Shown: positions 16,015-29,881, counted from the stretch's first letter. The stretch: DNA of 64,000 nucleotides from Eledone cirrhosa (GCA_964016885.1 OZ024764.1:11284001-11348000); one strand, 5' to 3'. Numbers and translations are program-made. Notes: a model not told the origin generated them from the letters alone.

Positions 16015-16914
16015 TTCTTTATTGGCCACAAGGGCTGACATCAAGAAAAACATTACAGACGGTACAGGACGGTACGATGTGGGTTTTGTGGTGTAAAGAT
16101 TTTTATTATTTATATAAGAAAAGTGCTGCCTTCTAGCAAGTTTGTTGAAAGGTGGGTGAATGTAGCGAGAATGGTCCGAGTGAAAGGGACCGTTCTGAAT
16201 ATACGTCTGTAGTTTGAGAAATGGAAAATTTGAGAGAGGGCAGGGCGCTTGCCCTGGAGAGGCAAGTGCTGCCTTCTAGCAAGTTTGTTGAAAGGTGGGT
16301 GAATGTAGCGAGAATGGTCCGAGTGAAAGGGACCGCTCTGAGTATACGTCTGTAGTTTGAGAAATGGAAAATTTGAGAGAGGGCAGGGCGCTTGCCCTGG
16401 AGAGGCAAGTGCTGCCTTCTAGCAAGTTTGTTGAAAGGTGGGTGAATGTAGCGAGAATGGCCCGAGTGAAAGGGACCGCTCTGAATATACGTCTGTAGCT
16501 TGAGAAATGGAAAAATTTGAGAGAGGGCGCTTGCCCTGGAGAGGCAAGTGCTGCCTTCTAGCAAGTTTGTTGAAAGGTGGGTGAATGTAGCGAGAATGGT
16601 CTGAGTGAACGGGACCGCTCTGAATATACGTCTGTAGCTTGAGAGAGGGCGCTTGCCCTGGTGGTCAGGGTGGCCGTGGTCTTTTGTGTGGTTTTCGCCA
16701 TGAGTAACCCTCGGAGGGTTCCCCCCTATTGGGGAATTTTTCATTGTTTCAATTTTCATTTTTATTGTTTATATATATATATGTGTTTCTATGTCTTTTT
16801 TTTTTCTTTTCTTATATAAATAATAAAAATCTTTACACCACAAAACCCACATCGTACCATCCTGTGTCGTCTGTAATGTTTTTCTTGATGTCAGCCCTTG
16901 TGACCAATAAAGAA
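16015..16914 (+). mobile_element. L1/Tx1-like LINE 3' end with four ~143-bp tandem copies of the ORF2 end and an inverted copy of the terminal ~108 bp
   Basis: The repeat unit translates to ERQVLPSSKFVERWVNVARMVRVKGTALSIRL* (F..RW C-terminal motif). The 3' UTR ends in AATAAAGAA, and 16015-16123 is the reverse complement of 16806-16914. Confidence 0.65.
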
Positions 16915-17255
16915 TTCATTATTTATATAAGAAAAGAATAACAACAATAATAGCAATAATAATAATAACAATAATGGTAATAATATTATTAATAGATAGA
17001 TAAATAAAAAGAAACACAAATAAGAGAGAGAAAAACAATAAAGAAGTCCTCCTCAAAATATAATTAGGTGTTTTGGGTGGTGGTGGTGGTGTGGTGGTGG
17101 TGGTGCGGGTGTGGTGGTGGTGGTGGTGGTGGTGGTGTGATGGTGGTGGTGGTGGGGGATAACCAATTTTAAAAGGACAACATATAACAAAAATAACGAC
17201 AATAATAATGATTTTGATGATGGTGGTGATGGAGATAAACATCTAAGTATATATA

Positions 17256-17310
<55 letters not shown>

Positions 17311-18158
17311 ATATGTATGTATGTGTGTGTATATGTATGTATGTGTGTATATATATATATATATATATGTGTGTGTATATATATATGTTTATATATATAT
17401 GTGTATATATGTGTGTGTATATATATATATGTGTGTATATGTATATATATATATATATATACATATATATGTATATATATGTGTATATATATATATATAG
17501 ATAGATAGGTATGTATGTATGTATGTGTGTGTGTGTGTATTATATATGTGTGTGTCTTTGAGTTTGTGTGTATATATTTACATACATATATGTATGTGTG
17601 TAGGTGTGTATATATATATGCATATATACAGACATGTGTGTGTGTGTGTGTATGCATACATTCACAGAAGCACGTCGACACACGCACAGACACACACACA
17701 TATATACACACGTATATATACACATATATACACACACATATATATACACATACACACACGCATATATATAAACACATAAATATACATGTGTATATACAGA
17801 CATTTATCTATCTATATATATATATATATATATACAGACACACACACACATATACACATACACACACACACATATATATATATATAAACACATAAATATA
17901 CACACGTATATACACGCATATATACACACACAGACACACAAACATAATACTTGTAACTAACAATAACAATAATGATATTAATGATAACACCTTAACAATG
18001 ATAACACTTATAGTAATAACCATAATAATAATAATAATAATAATAATAGTAACAACAAGAACAACAACAATAACAATAATGGAGAAAAGAGACAAGACAA
18101 TTTGATATGAGATAAAAAAAAATTTAGAAGGAAAAGACTTTCACGGTTTGTTTGGGGC

Positions 18159-18237
<79 letters not shown>

Positions 18238-18306
18238 GTATGTATGTATGTATGCTTGTGTGTATGTATATATATATATATATGTATGCTTGTGTGTATG
18301 TATATG

Positions 18307-18344
<38 letters not shown>

Positions 18345-18346
18345 CT

Positions 18347-18378
<32 letters not shown>

Positions 18379-18408
18379 CTTGTTTGTGTGTATATATATA
18401 TATATGTA

Positions 18409-18446
<38 letters not shown>

Positions 18447-18631
18447 CTTGTGTGTGTGTATATATATATATATGCTTGTGTGTGTTTGTGTATATATATA
18501 TATATATACATATTTGTGTGTGTGCATGTATAGATATATGTATGTGTGTATGCACATGGTGTTATGGTTATATACATGTGTGTGCGTTTATGTATATATA
18601 CATATTTATACTTATATATATATATATGTAC

Positions 18632-18675
<44 letters not shown>

Positions 18676-18838
18676 CCATACAAACATATATATATATATA
18701 CACATATATTTATGCACAATGACACACATACACAATGACAGATAGTATTCCAACAGGTAGCATACACACACACACACACACACAGAGGCACACACAAACA
18801 CACAGATACTATTGCAACAAGTAGCTTACATATACACA

Positions 18839-18875
<37 letters not shown>

Positions 18876-19903
18876 AGATTCTATTCCAACAGGTAGCTTA
18901 CATACATACACACACACACATGCAGACACGCAAACACACACAGAGGCACACGCACAGACACAGATTCTATTCCAACAGGTAGCATACATACATACATACA
19001 TACACACACACAAATGCAAACACACAGATGCACACACACTCAGTCACACACACACATGCAAACACACACAGATGCACACACACTCACAGTCTCACACACA
19101 CACACAAGCACACACATACATGCAGACATAAACACACACACGCAAAGACACACAAATGCACACACACTCACAGACACATTCACACACACAAGCTCACACA
19201 CACACCCATACACACACATACACACACAGGGATACTATTCCAGTAGGTAGCTTTGAAGTATATTCATGCTAAAAAAAAACAACACACAACCATTCCTCTT
19301 TAAAAATTTTTCATGTATTTTCTTTTATTTTCTTTTGTTTTCTCGAAATGTCTTCCGACAGTTGTTTATTTTTTAAGTTCTCTCCCTTGTTTCAACTCCA
19401 TTTGCCCTCTATACTTTATCTTCCACCATTTTTTATTTTTTATTTTAATCAGTTTTTCTGTTTTTTTTTGTTTGTTTTCTGTATTTTCTGTATTTCACAT
19501 TTTAAAGAATTTATCAAAGAGATTTCTATGAAAATCAAAATAAGTTATGAGATAATTCTATATATAAATTTTCTGATAAATATTAAATGTCGGTTTCTTT
19601 ACTGACAAACACAAACCTATTTTCCATTCTGTCTCTATTTTTTTTTTTTACTGTTTGGCTTGGTTTGTTTTTTTTTGTTTTTTTTTCTCTGTTTGGGGTG
19701 TTTTTTTTTTCCTCTGTTTGGGGTGTGTTTTTTTTCTTGTCTTATCCATCATATGTATGTATGTATATGTGTGTTTATATATATATGTGTGTATATATAT
19801 GTATGTATATATATATATATGTATATATATATATACATCCACATATGTCCATACATATATCTATATATGTACATATGTGTGTGTGTGTGTATATATATTT
19901 ATA

Positions 19904-19963
<60 letters not shown>

Positions 19964-20035
19964 CACACATCCACATATGCCCATACATATATCTATATAT
20001 GTACATATGTGTGTGTGTGTATATATGTATATATT

Positions 20036-20080
<45 letters not shown>

Positions 20081-20091
20081 ATATTTATATA

Positions 20092-20121
<30 letters not shown>

Positions 20122-20128
<7 letters not shown>

Positions 20129-20436
20129 AAAAAAGATGAAATCGAAAATGCAACTAGGGTCTTATTTAAAAAAATATATATATATATTTATTTGGTTCCT
20201 TTACCGGTTTCGCAGTTCTTCTGCTTTTCAAAAGTAGAGTTGAGATGAAGGGTCTGTGGTTTTTCTCAGATGTGAGAAAAACCACCGACCCTCCATCTTT
20301 TGAAAAGCAGAGGAACTGCGAAACCGGTAAAGGAATCAAATAAATATATATATTTAAAAAAAAAAATAAGACTCCAGTTGCATTTTCGATTTCATCTTTT
20401 TTTCTTTATACTTTCACTTGTGTAGGACACCTCGGT
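20122..20436. mobile_element. Fold-back Penelope-like pLTR remnant with hammerhead motifs in both arms
   Basis: Imperfect inverted repeat 20122-20410 centred near 20270, with an unpaired 3' extension; abuts (TA)n. Confidence 0.7.
20296..20333 (+). ncRNA. Hammerhead motif, U3-A8 core variant (mirror copy at 20198-20235 on the minus strand)
   Basis: TCTT-TTGAAAA-GCAG-AGGAA-CTGC-GAAA-CCGG-TA-AAGG gives a 4-bp stem I, a 4-bp stem II, palindromic ACCGGT stem III and a GUA site. Confidence 0.65.
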
Positions 20437-20588
20437 TATTTTTCAATTTGTAAAAAAAACCTCACTTTCTAATATATATATATATATATGTATATATGTA
20501 TATATATATATGTATATATATGTATATATATATATGTATATATATGTATATATATATATGTATATATATATATGTATATATATATATG

Positions 20589-20641
<53 letters not shown>

Positions 20642-20686
20642 GTATATATATGTATATATATATGTATATATATATATATATGTATA

Positions 20687-20779
<93 letters not shown>

Positions 20780-21098
20780 GTATATGTATATATATGTAAA
20801 TATACATATATATATATGTGTGTGTATATATATATATACACATACACACACACATACATATATAAAAATGTATACACACGCACATTCATATATATACACT
20901 CATTTATTATGTATAAAATGCTCTGTGTATCCCAGATTTTAGAATAGGTACACCACGTCCCGGTGTGTAGTGTGAGGCAATTAAAAGTTTTGGCACCAGG
21001 AAGGGCCAACTAGCTGAAAAACATTGTCTCAGACCTTCCTGTCCAAATCATCCCAGCATAGAAAAGTGGGCGTAAAAAGGATCTTTATGATGATCAGG

Positions 21099-21280
21099 TT
21101 GTTATACATCGGACAAACTGGAAGCCGTTTGGCTGAACATTTGAGGGACATATCACTCGGTATGGATACTCCCATTTTTTTGCCTGTCATTTCCGTTTCT
21201 CAGGTCACTCTTCCCAACATGTCTCAACCCTTGGTGACCTTTTACTTTCATGGATCACAGTATACTGTTTCTTATACGAT
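21099..21280 (+). pseudogene. Penelope-like element GIY-YIG endonuclease fragment
   Basis: Translates LLYIGQTGSRLAEHLRDI..., then after a frameshift ACHFRFSGHS, matching the YIGxT..RL..EH...V..HF...GHS pattern of Penelope-like endonucleases. Confidence 0.75.
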
Positions 21281-21299
21281 ATATGGCTCTTTCTCTCTA

Positions 21300-21630
21300 C
21301 ATCATCATCTTCGTTTAACGTCCATTTTCCACGCTAGCATGGGTTAGACGGGAGTTGTCCCACTTGTGACCGTGTCTCGCTCATATAGGACTATCTGGCA
21401 GGTTTTCTACGGCTGGATGCCCTTCCCAACACCAACCACATTTACAGTGTGGAACTGGGAACTTTTTACCGTGTTACCTACACAGCCACATTACAGCGTG
21501 GACTGTGTGTTTTTTTTTTGTCGTGACACCTACACGATCTCGATTTCTCGTGCTGTTGGTGGGAGGATAGGGTAGTGGATTGGGGTGTATATTTGGTTAC
21601 GAGGTGCCTACTGACTGTAGGTTTCGCTTT
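21300..21630 (-). mobile_element. RTE family-2 3' UTR fragment
   Basis: Homologous to 44102-44475. Confidence 0.75.
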
Positions 21631-21666
21631 GTAGATATATATGTACATATATATTTTTCAGTTGGT

Positions 21667-21703
<37 letters not shown>

Positions 21704-21807
21704 ATAAATCTGTAAATGTTGATGATATAATATATAAAAATATATATACAGGTATATATGTAGGAGTTGTATTATTTATAATGAATGTCATTGTTTATAA
21801 CATTTTG

Positions 21808-21872
21808 TATTTTATCTGATGAAAGCGCACCAAGATTTGCTTTGTCGCCCTTGAAATATATATAATAAAATA
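21808..21872 (+). ncRNA. Type I hammerhead ribozyme motif
   Basis: 8-bp stem I TATTTTAT/ATAAAATA; CTGATGA at 21816; stem II AAGcGC/GCcCTT with one mismatch; GAAA; palindromic A-TATATA-T; A at the cleavage position. Confidence 0.6.
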
Positions 21873-22049
21873 AATATGGTTTTATAAATATACTTTCCAT
21901 TTATTATTATCTTGGTATACAGGTATATATATAAATATATATATATATACTCACATTAACTGATGTGTATATATATATATATATATATATACACATACAT
22001 TAAATGATATATGTACGTATGTATACGCACAAACACGTTAAATGATGTA

Positions 22050-22149
<100 letters not shown>

Positions 22150-22164
22150 TATACTGTATATATA

Positions 22165-22448
22165 TGTTGGTGCCACAACATCCAGTCCGAAACAAATGAG
22201 GTCGTGTAGGTGTCACAACAAAAAAAACACACAGTCCACGCTGTAATGTGGCCGTGTAGGTAACACGGTAAAAAGTTCCCAGTCCACACTGTAAATGTGG
22301 TTGGTGTTAGGAAGGGCATCCAGCCGTAGAAAACCCGCCAGACAGTCCTATATGAGCAGGACAACAAATCTTGCCTCAAGTGGGAAACCTCCCGTCCAAA
22401 CCCATGCTAGCGTGGAAGATGGACGTTAAACGATGATGATGATGATGA
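22165..22448 (+). mobile_element. RTE family-2 3' UTR fragment ending in (GAT)n
   Basis: Homologous to the reverse complement of 44102-44390; flanked by (TA)n. Confidence 0.8.
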
Positions 22449-22469
22449 TATATATATATTTATATATAT

Positions 22470-22792
22470 TTCATTTTCATTTTACGTCCGCTTTTTCCCT
22501 GCTTGCAAGGGTGGAATGGGAACTGTTTCTGGCTTGATTTCTACAGCTGGATACCCTTCCTGACACCAACCTCATTTACAGTGAGTGGTGGGTGCTTTTT
22601 TGCCGTGGCACCTCCACGACCATTTTGCAGTGGAATCATAGGGACCCCTGTCCCTATCATCTCATTTCTACAGCTGAGTAAACTGGAGCAATGTGAAATA
22701 AAGGAAACAACACATCACCCGGTCTGAGAATTGAACTCACAACCTTTCGATTGCAAGGCCAATGCTCTACCCACTAAGCCAAGCCATGTGCC
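22470..22792 (-). mobile_element. SINE-A
   Basis: Reverse complement of the 30004-30345 family, with a small internal deletion. Confidence 0.85.
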
Positions 22793-22860
22793 TATATATA
22801 TATATGTCCCACCCTTGCAAGCAGGGAAAAGCGGACGTAAAATGAAATGATGATGATGAG

Positions 22861-22936
<76 letters not shown>

Positions 22937-22967
22937 ATAATAATAAATATGAAGACTTAATAAATAA

Positions 22968-23068
<101 letters not shown>

Positions 23069-23771
23069 TGCAGTCCTGATATTCAATCTAGTATATTTCA
23101 GAAGAAGCCCGACAAATTCCAAACTAATTTCTTCAGATTTCCTCTAATTTTGGTAAATGTTTGAAATGCTGAACTGTGTAGTTATCTGGCTTTCCTAAAT
23201 AATGTAGACATTGATTAGCATACGTGTGTGTGTGTGTGTGTGTGTGTTCATAAGCTTATATATGTGTGTGTAGATATATATATAGAAATGGGTTTGTGAT
23301 TTTTATATGCATATGTGTGTACGTGTCTGAACGTATGTGGTTTTGTGTGCAAATATATCTGTTTGTGTACATTCATATGAGTGTATGTGTGTGTATATAT
23401 ATATATGTATATATATAAGTATATATGTATATATATATATGTATATATATATATGTATGTAAATATATGTATGTATATATATATATATATATGGATGTAT
23501 ATATATGTATATATATGTATATATATATATGTGTATATATATATGTGTATATATATATGTATATATATGTATATATATATCTGTGTATATATATGTGTAT
23601 ATATATGTATATATATATATGTGTATATATATGTGTATATATATATGTGTATATATATGTATATATGTATATGTATATATATGTATATGTAGATATGTAT
23701 GTATATATATATATGTATATATATATATTGTGTATATGTATATATATGTATATATATATATTGTGTATATG

Positions 23772-23803
<32 letters not shown>

Positions 23804-24100
23804 GTGTATATATGTATATATATATATATATAGTGTATATATATATATATATTATATTGTGTATGTATATATATATATATATATATTGTGTATGTATATA
23901 TATATATTGTGTATGTATATATATATATATATATTGTGTATATATATATATATATTGTGTATATATATATATATATATATATCCATATATATATCTGTGT
24001 CTATATATATTTATATATATCATCACACATCATCATCATCATCATCATATATATGTATGTATATATATTATATATATTTATCTAGTTCGATACACCTATA

Positions 24101-24190
<90 letters not shown>

Positions 24191-24422
24191 GTAAACGATA
24201 TACAGTCTTAGATGTTAGTAGAATAGTGGTGTACTTACATAAAGATTATGCTGTACTTACATAGACAGATCTGTTTCTGACAATGGAAGAAATAGTATGT
24301 TTACCATCGATTACCGTAACTAGTATTGATCACCAATTATCGATTTTAGTAAACATAATTAAGATCAAGATTCCCTTCATCAATATATTTATGTCTTTGC
24401 TAAATATAAATCTCATGCTGCC

Positions 24423-24840
24423 TTAACCCTTTAGCATTTAAATTATTCTATACTTACTTAATAGGCGATGGATTCACAGTATCGGTAGAGGGTCGGACGC
24501 CATGCTTTGCAGCAAAGAGTTACGGCCCTTTATGGTCTGAGTTCAAATCCCGTCGAAGTTAACTTTGCCTTTCATCCTTACGGGGTCAATAAAATAAAGT
24601 ACCAGTAATACACTTGGGATAATTGCTGGCCTTGTGTCAAAGTAGAAACAATTATTCTATACTTACTATTGTATTTTCACATAATTATCTATGTAATATC
24701 GAATCTACGAGATTTTGATGTCACTTATGTTGAGAACAATACCTTAACATAGGTATGAGCAGCCAGTTATGGCTGGTTTGAACAGAATGAGGTGAGAGAA
24801 TTCTGGCCGGATATGGCCGGTTTAAATGCTAAAGGGTTAA
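24423..24840. mobile_element. piggyBac-like MITE containing a nested SINE-B (24462-24650) with an 18-bp target-site duplication
   Basis: Termini TTAA-CCCTTTAGCATTTAAA ... TTTAAATGCTAAAGGG-TTAA. The duplication AATTATTCTATACTTACT lies at 24441-24458 and 24650-24667. Confidence 0.85.
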
Positions 24841-24899
24841 CATAATAGCCATATAGCTCTGGCAGAAAATATGTATATAATCTCCACATTGTCGAAATA

Positions 24900-25383
24900 T
24901 AATTGTTTCTACTTTTGGCACGCGGCCAGAAATTACTCACCAGTGTATTACTGGTACTTTATTTCATCGACCCCCGTAAGGATGAAAGGCAAAGTTAACC
25001 TCGGCGGGATTTGAACTCAGACCATAAAGGGCCGTAACTCTTTGCTGCAAAGCATGGTGTCTACCGATACTGCCAATCCACCACCCTTGGAGGTTTGACA
25101 GTATCGGTGATCAATACTAATTACTGTATCGGTGATCAATACTAATTACTGTAATCGATGGTAAATATTCTATTTCTCCTATTGTCTAAATATAATTGTT
25201 TTTACTTTTTGGCACAAGGCCAGCAATTACCCCAGTACATTACTGGTACTTTATTTTATCGACCCCGTAAGGATGAAAGGCAAAGTTAACCGCGGCGGGA
25301 TTTGAACTCAGAATGGCAAGGGCCGTAACTCTATGCGTGAAAGCATGGCGTCCGAGCCTCTACCGATGCTGCCAATTCACCGT
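24900..25383 (-). mobile_element. Two SINE-B copies (24900-25085 and 25193-25383)
   Basis: Homologous to 42909-43110. Confidence 0.85.
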
Positions 25384-25469
25384 TTTATAGAAGGGTAGAT
25401 AAAACAGGATAGACCTCAAGGAGTGTTAGAAAGAGCTCCAGGCGAATCAATTTTAGTCAACTCGAACTA

Positions 25470-25651
25470 CTGTAATTCCCAGCGCCGATGACGCTTCGTC
25501 CTCAAGGACGGACCCTAATTTTGACAACCAAACATTTGAAGAAAAACAAAACAAAAATAAAAAGCAAACAATTTTCGGCCACAAGGACACATAGTAGATT
25601 TTTGAGACTTATTTTAGGAAAATGTAGCATCTTCGACGCTGGGAAATACAG
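25470..25651. mobile_element. Tc1/mariner-pogo-like MITE with ~26-bp TIRs and TA target-site duplication
   Basis: TA-CTGTAATTCCCAGCGCCGATGACGCT ... AGCATCTTCGACGCTGGGAAATACAG-TA. Confidence 0.75.
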
Positions 25652-25655
25652 TAAT

Positions 25656-25870
25656 TTAACCCTTTAATGTTCAAACCGGCCAAAACCGGCCAGAATTCTA
25701 TACCTCTTTCTGTTGAAACTGGCTGTAACTGGCTACTCATACTGATGTTAAGGTATTGTTCTCAAAATAAATACTTTCAAAATCTCATAGATTCGATATT
25801 ATGTGAGGTAAAGCCTTTTCATTGAAAATATAATAGTATATATAGAGTAATGTGAATGCTAAAGGGTTAA
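25656..25870. mobile_element. piggyBac-like MITE (same family as 24423, opposite orientation)
   Basis: TTAACCCTTTAATGTTCA ... TGAATGCTAAAGGGTTAA. Confidence 0.85.
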
Positions 25871-25951
25871 GGGAAATAAGAGTAAAGATGTTCTGAACAG
25901 ACATTTATTGACATTTTTACTGAAAACATTAACAATATATATTTTATATGT

Positions 25952-26552
25952 AGGTACATGCTGAAGCATATAAACAATATGCCCCCACGCCCCCCACCGC
26001 AAGGTGGTCGTGGAGGTGCCACGGCAAAAAAGCACCCAGCCCACACTGTAAAGTCATCCTTCATACGCATCACATGGCCATACCAGCGCAACCGCCTCTC
26101 CTGCACACAGCATTTGATTCCTCTTATGCTCAGTCTCTCTCTCAATTCCTTTATGCTTTGTCGTTCACGTATATTACTGTTACACATCCATCGGAGCATG
26201 CAGGCTTCGTTTCTCTCTAATCTACGTAAGTCTTCCACCTTCAGCGCCCAGGTCTCACTACCATGCAACATCGCTGTTCGGATACACGCATCATACTGGA
26301 TGCCCTTCCTAACACCAACCTCATTTACAGTGAGTGCTGGGTGCTTTTTAGCTGTGGCACCTCCATGACCACTTTGCAGTGGAATGATATGGACCCCAGT
26401 CCCTATCATCTCATTTCTACAGCTGAGTAAACTGGAGCAATGTGAAATAAAGTGTCTTGCTCAAGGAAACAACACATCACCCGGTCTGAGAATTGAACTC
26501 ACAACCTTTCGATTGCATGCCCAATGCTCTAACCACTAAGCCATGTGCCTCC
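25952..26552. mobile_element. Rearranged RTE/SINE-A chimera
   Basis: 25952-26052 is an RTE ORF end and UTR (+), 26053-26296 is an RTE ORF segment (-), and 26297-26552 is the 5' part of SINE-A (-). Confidence 0.8.
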
Positions 26553-26587
26553 ATATACATATACCTATATATATATATATTTATATA

Positions 26588-27420
26588 TCATCATCATCAT
26601 CAAACATCTATCGTCCACGCTAGCATGGGTTAGACGGGAATTGTCCCCTTTGAGGTAAGATTGGTTGGGGGACCGTGTCTCACTTGTATAGGACTATCTG
26701 GCAGGTTTTCTACGGTTGGATGCCCTTCCTAACACCAACCACATTTACAGTGTGGAACTGGGAACTTTTTACCGTGTTACCTACACGGCCACTTTACAGC
26801 GTGGACTGGGAGCCTTTTTACAGTGTCTCCTACATGACCACATCATTACAGTGTAGACTGGGAGCCTTTTTACAGTGTCTCCTACATGACCACATCATTA
26901 CAGTGTGGACTGGGAGCCTTTTTACAGTGTCTCCTACATGACCACATTACAGTGTGGACTGGGAACTTTTTACTGTGTCTCCTACACGACCACTTTACAG
27001 TGTGGACTGGGAGCCTTTTTACAGTGTCTCCTACATGACCACATTACAGTGTGGACTGGGAACTTTTTACTGTGTCTCCTACACGACCACTTTACAGTGT
27101 TGACTGGGAGCCTTTTTACAGTGTTACCTGCACGACCACATTACAGCGTGGGCCGGGAGCTTTTTACCGTGTTACCTACACGACCACATTACAGCGTGGG
27201 CTGGGAGCTTTTTACCGTGTTACCTAGACAACCACATTACAGCGTGGACTGTGTGTTTTTTTGTCGTGACACCTACACGACCTCTTTAGTTCGGACTGGA
27301 TGTTGTGGTACCAACATAACTTAATAGAGAAAGGGGTGGTGTTGGCGGGAGTGGAAGGGAGGAGTAGGGGTAGTGGGTTTGGATGTATATTGGGTTTGAA
27401 GGGGCCTACTGACTGTATGT
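26588..27420 (-). mobile_element. RTE family-2 3' UTR with about 11 tandem ~49-bp modules
   Basis: Both flanks are homologous to 44102-44460, with internal tandem expansion at 26740-27280. Confidence 0.8.
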
Positions 27421-27572
27421 TAAATAATACAAGGACGAGTAGTTACTCCTTCATTATGTTTATTGGTCGGTGATGCGCATTTCGCTATTGATCTGCTCAA
27501 GGTTCGATCTGTATAGATCTGGCCCGACTCTGGAATCAAAAGCTCGTCGGGCTGCTGTTCTAGTAATGACAG

Positions 27573-27643
<71 letters not shown>

Positions 27644-28011
27644 GGGTTCAATCAGGGGTAACCACAGTAGGTAAGGTACTCAATACATAGTTGAGTGTAA
27701 ATATTTAATATAGAAATGGCTTCTACAGGGCTAGCACAGCAACACCACCATCACCACCACACGAACAACACCACCACCACTACCACCAACAACAACAGCA
27801 ACAAGAACCACACCACCACCACCAATAGCAACAAGAACCACACCACCACCACCACCAACAACATCAGCAACAAGAACACAACCACCACCACCACCACCAC
27901 CACCACCACCACCACCAACAATAGCAACAACAACAAGAACCACACCACCACCACCAACAATAGCAACAACAACAAGAACCACACCACCACCACCACACCA
28001 CCACCACCACC

Positions 28012-28042
<31 letters not shown>

Positions 28043-28164
28043 GCAACAAGAACCACACCACCACCAACAATAGCAACAACAACAACAAGAACCACACCAC
28101 CACCAGCACCAACACCACCACCGCCAACACTACCAATAGCAACAAGAACCACACCACCACCACC

Positions 28165-28196
<32 letters not shown>

Positions 28197-29881
28197 CAGC
28201 AACAAGAACCACACCACCACCACCACCACCAAGAACCACATCACCACCAGCAACATCACCACTACCACCACCACCACCACCATCACCACCAGCAACATCA
28301 TATAGATGATATATAGAAATAAAGTCAAACCAAGACACACACACTTTCTCACACATACACACACTTTCTCACACATACACAAACTCTCACACATACGCAC
28401 ACTCTCTCATGCACACAGTCTTACACAGATACATGCTCTCACACATACACACGCTCTCACACATACACACGCTCTCACATCGACACACACCCTGACACAC
28501 ACACACACTCACATAGACACACACACACTCACACAGATACACACTCTCACACAGATACACACAGATACACACTCTCACACAGATACACACTCTCACACAG
28601 ACACTCACTTTCACACATAGACATTCACACACATATACACACACACACACATACACACACACACACACATACACACACACACAAACATGAGATACAACCC
28701 CACCCCCCTACAATAACAAACAACAAGAAGAAAACAAGAAAAACAAAGGCCAATTACAGCATAGAAAAATACATTTGCCATGATTTAATTTCTTTGTCTA
28801 AATAAATAGAAAGACATTACAAGGCCCTTCCCTGCCAACCTCGCCCATCCCCCACTACAAGGGGAAATAAATATATTACAGACTGGAATTAGATAAAAAA
28901 AATAATAAATTATTTAAATGAATTGTCTCCCCTTTCCAACCCAACCTACTTCCTGTTCCTTTAACTAAGAGAAATATTATGGTATATAAAACAGAATTAT
29001 CTATCTGTATAGCAGTGTATATAGGTGTGTCTGCATGTATGTATATTTGTGAGTATGTTTGTATGTATGTATATTTGTGTGCCTGCATGCATGTATGTAT
29101 GTATATTTCTGTGTATGTATGTATATTTCTGTGTATGTTTATATATATGTATGTATGTATGTATATTTGTGTGTATGTTTGTATGTATGTATGTATGTAT
29201 GTATGTATGTATATTTGTGTGTCTGCATGCATGTATGTATGTATATTTGTGTGTATGTATGTATGTATGTTTGTGTGTATGTTTGTATGTATGTATGTAT
29301 ATTTGTGTGTCTGCATGTATGTATGTATGTATATTTGTGTGCATGTATGTATGTATGTTTGTGTGTATGTTTGTATGTATGTATATTTGTGTGTATGTTT
29401 GTATGTATGTATGTATGTATATTTGTGTGTATGTATGTATGTATGTGTGTGCCTGCTTGTTTATATATGTGTATGTTTATGTATGTATATGTGTGTCTGC
29501 TTGTTTATATATGTGTATGTTTATGTATATTTGTGTGTATGTTTGTATGTGTGTGTCTGCTTGTTTATATATGTGTATGTTTATGTATGTGTATGTGTGT
29601 CTGCTTGTTTATATATGTGTATGTTTATATATATATATATACACCACCCTTGATAGCAGGGAAAGTGACGTTAAAACAACAATAATATATATATACACAC
29701 ACACACATACACACATATACAGAGAAACACACACATATATATACATACACACACATACACACACACACACATATATATATACACACAGACACACAGACAC
29801 ACACACATATACACAGACACACACACATCTATATATATATATACACACATACATATTTACACACACACACACATCTATATA

